A stretch of 40,660 nt of DNA from Casimicrobiaceae bacterium. Lineage in GTDB: Bacteria > Pseudomonadota > Gammaproteobacteria > Burkholderiales > Casimicrobiaceae. Both the position numbers and the translations under genes were made by a program. Shown here one piece after another: positions 35,862 through 40,660 of this stretch. The DNA lies in assembly GCA_041493285.1 (NCBI GenBank), contig JBGPYP010000001.1:1-40660 (forward strand). Reading direction: 5' to 3'. The stretch's first letter is position 1, and every line of letters begins with the position of its first letter. Under the pieces are notes generated by a model that had not been told where the DNA came from, made no database searches, and saw only the letters and a list, made by a program, of their open reading frames with translations.

Positions 35862-36424
35862 TGGTTCTGTTGCGTTCATTCATCCCGTCGCTCGGAGCGC
35901 TCTTGCTCGCCGCCACCCAGGCCGGTGCGCAGGGCGTGCTGATCGACAAGAGCGAAATCCGCTTCGTGTCCAAGCAGTTGGGCGTCAATGTCGAGGGGCG
36001 GTTCCGCAAGTGGAAGGCCAACATCGTGTTTCTGCCGAAGAATCTCGCCAAGTCGAAGGCGGAGTTCGAAATCGATCTCGGTAGCATCGATCTCGCCAGC
36101 GACGAGTCGGAAACCGAGATCAAGAGTCCGCTATGGTTCAATACGGCGAAGTTCCCGGTCGCGCGTTTCGCTTCGACCTCGATCAAGGACCTGGGCGGCG
36201 ACCGGTACGAGGTCGCCGGGGAGCTCACGCTCAAGGGCATCACGAAGGGGGTCGTTGTACGAATCGCGCTCAGGAAGGACGCGACCGGCAACAGTGTCGC
36301 CGAGGGTAGCTTTCCGTTGAAGCGCATCGACTACAAGGTCGGCGAAGGCTTGTGGTCCGACGCTGAGATGGTCGGCGAGGACGTCGTTGTCCGGGTCCGG
36401 ATGGTGTTGCCGCCGGCGGCATAA
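35861..36424 (+). CDS. YceI-family periplasmic (polyisoprenoid-binding-type) protein, paralog 1 (divergent, no Cys pair)
   Basis: Signal peptide MVLLRSFIPSLGALLLAATQAGAQG. IDKSEIRFVSKQLGVNVEGRFRKW, WFNTAKFPVARFASTSI, GELTLKGITKGV and PLKRIDYKVG. The cytochrome b561 plus YceI order matches E. coli yceJ-yceI. Confidence 0.85.
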   Translation: MVLLRSFIPSLGALLLAATQAGAQGVLIDKSEIRFVSKQLGVNVEGRFRKWKANIVFLPKNLAKSKAEFEIDLGSIDLASDESETEIKSPLWFNTAKFPVARFASTSIKDLGGDRYEVAGELTLKGITKGVVVRIALRKDATGNSVAEGSFPLKRIDYKVGEGLWSDAEMVGEDVVVRVRMVLPPAA

Positions 36425-36551
36425 ACTCTGGAACGGGGCGAGCCGGCAGCCTGCAAGTGATGGCCGGCAATGGCAGTCGATGCGGGCGGTCGCAAAAAGG
36501 GACACACAACCGGATCTTTTCACCGCCCCGCTTCGATCAGGAGGAAGATCT

Positions 36552-37118
36552 ATGCGTACCCGCGTTGGTGTCGCCGCGTTGTTGGTCGCGTTCGCGGTTC
36601 CTGCGTTCAGCCAGGAAACCTACAGGATCGACCCCCTGCATACGGCGACCACCTTCTCCGTGAGCCATCTGGGCCTGTCGCTGCAGCGCGGGAGCTTTGC
36701 CAAGACGACCGGTACGGTGATGCTGGACCGCACCGCCAAGAAAGGCTCGATCGATGTGGCGATCGACGCGGCTTCGGTGACTTCGGGTAGCGCGCCGCGG
36801 GAGACGCTGCTGAGGGGCGAGGACTTTTTCAACGTCGCCCAGTTTCCGGTGATCACCTTCACGTCGACCAACCTGAAGTTCGATGGTGACCGCGTCGTGG
36901 GCGCCGAAGGCGAGTTGACGATACGCGGTGTGACCAAACCGGTCACGCTGTCGGTGGCCGACTTCAAGTGCGCCATTCATCCTGCGACGAAAAAGCCGGC
37001 GTGCGGTGCCGAGGTCACGGCGAACGTCAAGCGCTCGGAGTTCGGCATGATCAAGAACCAAGCCTCGACTGGCGACGATGTGAACATCGCAGTGGCGATC
37101 GAGGGAATACAGCAATAA
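36552..37118 (+). CDS. YceI-family periplasmic protein, paralog 2 (Cys-pair subgroup)
   Basis: AGGAGGAAG RBS and ATG 36552. Signal peptide ...AVPAFSQE. YRIDPLHTATTFSVSHLGLSLQRGSFAK, FFNVAQFPVITFTS, GELTIRGVTKPVTL, FKCAIHPATKKPACGAEV and VKRSEFGM. Confidence 0.9.
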   Translation: MRTRVGVAALLVAFAVPAFSQETYRIDPLHTATTFSVSHLGLSLQRGSFAKTTGTVMLDRTAKKGSIDVAIDAASVTSGSAPRETLLRGEDFFNVAQFPVITFTSTNLKFDGDRVVGAEGELTIRGVTKPVTLSVADFKCAIHPATKKPACGAEVTANVKRSEFGMIKNQASTGDDVNIAVAIEGIQQ

Positions 37119-37316
37119 CGAGGACCCGCGCACCTGTCCACGGGCGCCGCCTCGCTTAGCCTCGGGTTCGGTGAAAGCGCGACGGGCGCGGGCGCAGGCT
37201 GCAGCCGAAGCTGGGGACCCTGGAACAATCGCGCCACCGCGGCTGTTTGCTATGGCGGCCGCGGCGACCTTGCTTCGTTGGTCCGAGGAGCAGTTCTTCA
37301 GTCCAGAGGAGACATC

Positions 37317-37895
37317 ATGACCAGACAGCTTGCCGCCGCGACCATGGCGCTGGCGCTCGCGATCACCGCGGGCTGCGCCACGGCCGAGGATATGTATACG
37401 ATCGATCCCGTGCACTCGCAGCCGATATTCGAAGCCCGGCATATGGGCTTCTCGCTCCAGCGCGGGTCGTTCGCCAAATCAACCGGCAAGATCACGCTCG
37501 ACCGGGCCGCGAAGAAAGGGACCGTGGATGTCGTTATCGATACGACGTCGATCAAGACCTACGACCCCAAGCTCGACGAGCAGATGAAGAGCGAGAACTT
37601 CTTCAATGTCGCCAAGTATCCGACGCTGACGTTCAGCGGAAACAACATTGTTTTCGACGGCGATCGCGTCGTCCAGGTCGATGGTGACTTGACAATGCTG
37701 GGGGTGACCAGGCCGGTCAGTCTGAAGGTCGCGAACTTCATCTGCGGCGAACACCCGTTCAACAAGAAACCGATGTGCGGCGCCGAGGCGACAACGACGA
37801 TCATGCGTTCGGAATGGGGCATGAAATACGGCATCCCGAAAGCCGTCAGCGATGAGATCAAGCTCACCATTCCGATCGAGGCGTATAAGGAGTAG
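37317..37895 (+). CDS. YceI-family periplasmic protein, paralog 3 (Cys-pair subgroup)
   Basis: AGAGGAG RBS and ATG 37317. Signal peptide or possible lipobox (LAITAGCATAED). YTIDPVHSQPIFEARHMGFSLQRGSFAK, FFNVAKYPTLTFS, GDLTMLGVTRPVSL, FICGEHPFNKKPMCGAEA and IMRSEWGM. Confidence 0.9.
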   Translation: MTRQLAAATMALALAITAGCATAEDMYTIDPVHSQPIFEARHMGFSLQRGSFAKSTGKITLDRAAKKGTVDVVIDTTSIKTYDPKLDEQMKSENFFNVAKYPTLTFSGNNIVFDGDRVVQVDGDLTMLGVTRPVSLKVANFICGEHPFNKKPMCGAEATTTIMRSEWGMKYGIPKAVSDEIKLTIPIEAYKE

Positions 37896-37917
37896 CGGCG
37901 CGAGCAGCGAGAGGGGA

Positions 37918-37943
37918 CCCGCAAGCGGGTGTCTGCTTGCGGG
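37918..37943 (+). terminator. GC-rich hairpin just after YceI paralog 3 (terminator/attenuator-like, no clear U-tract)
   Basis: cccgcaagc (37918-37926) pairs perfectly with gcttgcggg (37935-37943) across an 8-nt loop. A second perfect 9-bp hairpin, gaccgcggc/gccgcggtc, lies at 38013-38037. Neither is followed by a T-run. Confidence 0.3.
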
Positions 37944-38070
37944 GGTCGAGCGTCCGCGAGTCGCCGCAGCGGCCGACGCGCGAGGCTCTATTTCACGCAA
38001 CGCTTTCAAGGAGACCGCGGCCCGTTTCGCCGCGGTCCTGGCTTCGTTCAGTGGAGGACTCGAAGACCGC

Positions 38071-38640
38071 ACGAGCCGAATTTGTGTCGCTGCACTCGCA
38101 TTGGCGCTCGCACTGCCTGCGGCGGCGGCGGAGGAAACCTACACGATCGATTCCGTGCACTCGCAACCGCAGTACGCGGTTCGGCATATGGGTTTGTCGC
38201 TGCAGCGCGGAACTTTCACCAGGTTGTCGGGCACGATCACGCTGGATCGCGCCGCCAAGACCGGGACGGTCAATGTTCTCGTCGATCCGACTTCCGTGCG
38301 ATCGAACGAGCCGAGGCTCGACAATATTCTCAAGGGCGAGAGTTTCTTCAACGTCGAGCGATTCCCTACGCTGACGTTCCGCTCGAGCAACGTGCGGTTC
38401 GACGGCGACCGGGTGGTCGAGGTCGTCGGCGATTTCACGATGCTCGGTGTCACCAGGCCGGTGACGCTCAAGATCGACAATTTCGTCTGTGGCGCGGACC
38501 CGTTTTTCAGGAAGCCGATATGCGGAGCCGAGGTCACGACGACGATCAAGCGCTCGGACTGGGGTATGACAGACGGCATTCCGTTGGCGCCTGGCGATGA
38601 AGTCGAGATCGCCATTCCGGTCGAGGCCTATCAGCATTGA
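38071..38640 (+). CDS. YceI-family periplasmic protein, paralog 4 (Cys-pair subgroup); start codon unresolved, possible initiation-defective copy
   Basis: The mature region is clear: YTIDSVHSQPQYAVRHMGLSLQRGTFTR, FFNVERFPTLTFRS, GDFTMLGVTRPVTL, FVCGADPFFRKPICGAEV and IKRSDWGM. A good signal peptide (SRICVAALALALALPAAAAEE) follows an ACG codon at 38071. The only canonical in-frame starts are ATG 37852 (76-residue extension running through two hairpins) and TTG 38101 (truncates the signal peptide). Confidence 0.7.
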   Translation, partial: TSRICVAALALALALPAAAAEETYTIDSVHSQPQYAVRHMGLSLQRGTFTRLSGTITLDRAAKTGTVNVLVDPTSVRSNEPRLDNILKGESFFNVERFPTLTFRSSNVRFDGDRVVEVVGDFTMLGVTRPVTLKIDNFVCGADPFFRKPICGAEVTTTIKRSDWGMTDGIPLAPGDEVEIAIPVEAYQH

Positions 38641-39235
38641 TCGAACGCGCGTCGCCGCGCGGGCGCTCCTCGCACTGACGGCGTCGTGTTGCGCCGGGCA
38701 GGCTGCGGATGCGACTGCGGCGCCGGAGGTTTTTCGGATCGATCCGGCGCTGACGCGGGCCGAGTTCGCGGCCGCGCACTTCTGGGTGGCGAAGCTCCGC
38801 GGCCGGTTCGGGCGCACGGGGGGCACGATCGTGCTCGATGCCGATGGCCACGCCGGCAGCATCGACTTTACCGTCGACGCCACGTCCGTCGATACTGGCT
38901 GGTCCGTCCGCGACAACTTCATCCGTGGTGCGGACATGTTCGATGTGGCGCACTATCCCACCATGCGCTTCCGCTCGACGCAACTGATCTTCGACCGCGT
39001 CCGGCTCGTCGGCGCCGCCGGCGAGCTCACGCTGCACAACGTCACGCACCCGATCCGGGTCAGGGTCGAGCGTCTCGACTGCGGTCCCGAGCCCGCGAGC
39101 GGGCACGAGGGCTGCGGCGTGGCGGTCGTCGCGTCGATCAAGCGCTCGGAGTTCGGCATGAGCGTCGGGTTGCCGTTCATCGGTGACGACATCGACCTGT
39201 GGTTCCACCTCACCGCGTTTCGCGTTTCCCCCTAG
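38597..39235 (+). CDS. YceI-family periplasmic protein, paralog 5 (most divergent of the Cys-pair subgroup)
   Basis: FRIDPALTRAEFAAAHFWVAKLRGRFGR, MFDVAHYPTMRFRS, GELTLHNVTHPI, LDCGPEPASGHEGCGVAV and IKRSEFGM. ATG 38597 gives an Arg-rich n-region plus VAARALLALTASCCAGQAADA and overlaps paralog 4 by 44 nt. No canonical start lies closer to the signal peptide. Confidence 0.72.
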   Translation: MKSRSPFRSRPISIDRTRVAARALLALTASCCAGQAADATAAPEVFRIDPALTRAEFAAAHFWVAKLRGRFGRTGGTIVLDADGHAGSIDFTVDATSVDTGWSVRDNFIRGADMFDVAHYPTMRFRSTQLIFDRVRLVGAAGELTLHNVTHPIRVRVERLDCGPEPASGHEGCGVAVVASIKRSEFGMSVGLPFIGDDIDLWFHLTAFRVSP

Positions 39236-39255
39236 CGACGCTGGCCCGCGCGGGA

Positions 39256-40362
39256 TTACGCGATCACGATCGGCGCCCCGCTGCCCAGTCGCGCGATCGC
39301 ATCCCAGTCCCAGTCGATGCCGAGGCCGGGCTCCGGCGACGGATACGCGCGGCCCTCGCGGATCTCGAGTTGGGTCCGCGTGATCGAGTCGAGCTGTGGG
39401 ATGTACTCGACCCAGCGGCTGTTGGGCACTGCGCAGCACAGTCCGACGTGCAGCTCCATGAGAAAGTGCGGGCATACCGGCACGTTGAACGTCTCGGCCA
39501 GGTGCGCCACCTTGAGCCAGGGCGTGATGCCGCCGATGCGCGCCGCGTCGACCTGCACGATCGAGCACGCCCCGGCCTGCAGATAGTCCTTGAACTGGCT
39601 CGCGCTGTAGAGCGACTCGCCGACCGCGATCGGCACCGACGTGTGCCGCGCGAGCTCGACGTGCGCGCCGAGGTCGTCGGCGGGAAGCGGCTCCTCGAGC
39701 CACGCGATGTCGAGCGCTTCGAGATGGCGCGCGCGGCGGATCGCCTCAGGGAGTGTGAATCCCTGATTGGCGTCGGTCATGATGTCCCAATTCGCTCCAA
39801 CACCGTCGCGAACGGCATGCAACCGCTCGATATCCTCGGCGACGTGGGGGCGGCCGATCTTTATTTTCGCGCCGCCGAAGCCCTTGGCCTTGGCCGCGAG
39901 CGCGTCGTCGACCAGCGCGGACGGCGGCAGATGCAGCCAGCCGCCTTCGGTGGTGTAGAGCGGGCACGAATCCTTCGCGCCGCCGGCGGCGACGGAGAGC
40001 GGCAGCTGCGCACGCCGGCAGCGCAGGTCCCACAGCGCGGTGTCGAGGGCGGCGAGCGCGAGCGCGGTGATCGCGCCGACGGAGGTCGCATGGGTGTGGA
40101 ACAAAAGATCCCGCCAGATCGCTTCGATGTGCTCGGCGTCGCGGCCGATCAGCCGCGGCGCGAGATGATCGGCGAGCAGCGCCATGATCGAGGAGCCCCC
40201 GGTGCCGATCGTGTAGCTGTAGCCGGTGCCGACCGCACCGTCGCGGTCGAAGATACGCACCAGCGGAGTCTCCTGCGAGACGAAGCTCTGGATCGCGTCG
40301 GTGCGCTTGACCTTGGGCTTGAGGTCGACGAAGCTGAGCTCGACCCGCTCGATCGCAGCCAT
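39256..40362 (-). CDS. Enolase-superfamily enzyme (mandelate racemase/muconate lactonizing enzyme family; acid-sugar dehydratase-like)
   Basis: 368 aa. Capping domain, then barrel with KIKIG, the metal-ligand pattern ...MTDANQGF..., WLEEP, AVGESL and IVQVDAARIGGIT. Specific substrate cannot be assigned from sequence reading. Confidence 0.82.
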   Translation of the reverse strand: MAAIERVELSFVDLKPKVKRTDAIQSFVSQETPLVRIFDRDGAVGTGYSYTIGTGGSSIMALLADHLAPRLIGRDAEHIEAIWRDLLFHTHATSVGAITALALAALDTALWDLRCRRAQLPLSVAAGGAKDSCPLYTTEGGWLHLPPSALVDDALAAKAKGFGGAKIKIGRPHVAEDIERLHAVRDGVGANWDIMTDANQGFTLPEAIRRARHLEALDIAWLEEPLPADDLGAHVELARHTSVPIAVGESLYSASQFKDYLQAGACSIVQVDAARIGGITPWLKVAHLAETFNVPVCPHFLMELHVGLCCAVPNSRWVEYIPQLDSITRTQLEIREGRAYPSPEPGLGIDWDWDAIARLGSGAPIVIA

Positions 40363-40375
40363 ACGTGCCTTTTCG

Positions 40376-40660
40376 TTACCGGGGCGTTGGGGCGAGTTTC
40401 AAGCGGAACCGATCGGTCGCCGCGACCAGCTCGCGGGCGATACCCGGCTCGCGCGCCGAATGGCCCGCATCGGGCACGACTACGTACTCGGCCTCGGGCC
40501 AGGCGCGGTGCAGGTCGTACGCGGTGCGGATCGGGCAGACGATGTCGTAGCGGCCCTGGATGATGGAACAGGGAGTCTTGCGCAGGCGCTCGACGCCCTG
40601 GAGCAGCGTGTCCTCGGACAGGAAAAGCCCGTGTACGAAGTAGTGCGCCTCGATGCGGGC
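40376..40660 (-). CDS. pip: Proline iminopeptidase (alpha/beta hydrolase), C-terminal 94 codons only; the gene continues beyond the window
   Basis: The minus-strand frame reads ARIEAHYFVHGLFLSEDTLLQGVERLRKTPCSIIQGRYDIVCPIRTAYDLHRAWPEAEYVVVPDAGHSAREPGIARELVAATDRFRL, ending at TAA (40378-40376). The IIQGRYD.VCP and VPDAGHSA.EPGI blocks are typical of Pip. Confidence 0.8.
   Translation of the reverse strand, partial: ARIEAHYFVHGLFLSEDTLLQGVERLRKTPCSIIQGRYDIVCPIRTAYDLHRAWPEAEYVVVPDAGHSAREPGIARELVAATDRFRLKLAPTPR

Noticed and set aside
37852-38070. ATG 37852 as the true start of YceI paralog 4
   Set aside because: It would add a 76-residue Arg/Ser-rich extension before the signal peptide, overlap paralog 3 by 44 nt and read through two perfect GC hairpins. 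The ATG exists only because the homologous 3' ends of paralogs 3 and 4 both contain gatga(g/a)...

Overview
High-GC (roughly 65-70% by eye) bacterial chromosomal window with about 40 densely packed genes and many 1-20 nt start/stop overlaps. No rRNA, tRNA or CRISPR array was seen. The housekeeping genes (hemX-hemY, ubiA, ubiD, yqjD-yqjE-yqjK-like operon, cytochrome b561 with YceI, bioA, dacB, pip) and an IPTL-CTERM sorting signal suggest a beta- or gamma-proteobacterium, but this is inference from gene content only. Four blocks look accessory. (1) A ~12 kb envelope-glycan island (2629-14510) lies between hemXY and the ubiquinone genes. It has three GT-C-type membrane glycosyltransferases, a GT2 polyprenyl-phosphate glycosyltransferase, an MBOAT acyltransferase with an SGNH-like partner, and a full mycobacterial-type polyprenyl-phospho-arabinose donor pathway (UbiA-family phosphoribosyltransferase, DprE1-like and DprE2-like genes). 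A MITE-like element and a REP-like tandem repeat sit inside this island. (2) A lower-GC pair of paralogous secreted proteins (one with a 7-bladed Kelch propeller) sits next to a small IPTL-CTERM protein and a SCO copper chaperone. (3) A module of TonB-dependent receptor, orphan periplasmic binding protein, hybrid histidine kinase and LuxR-type regulator sits directly upstream of ubiD. (4) A cytochrome b561 gene is followed by five tandem YceI-family (polyisoprenoid-binding) paralogs, one of which has no canonical start codon. All functional calls rest on reading the supplied translations for motifs and remembered family resemblance. No database search was run.
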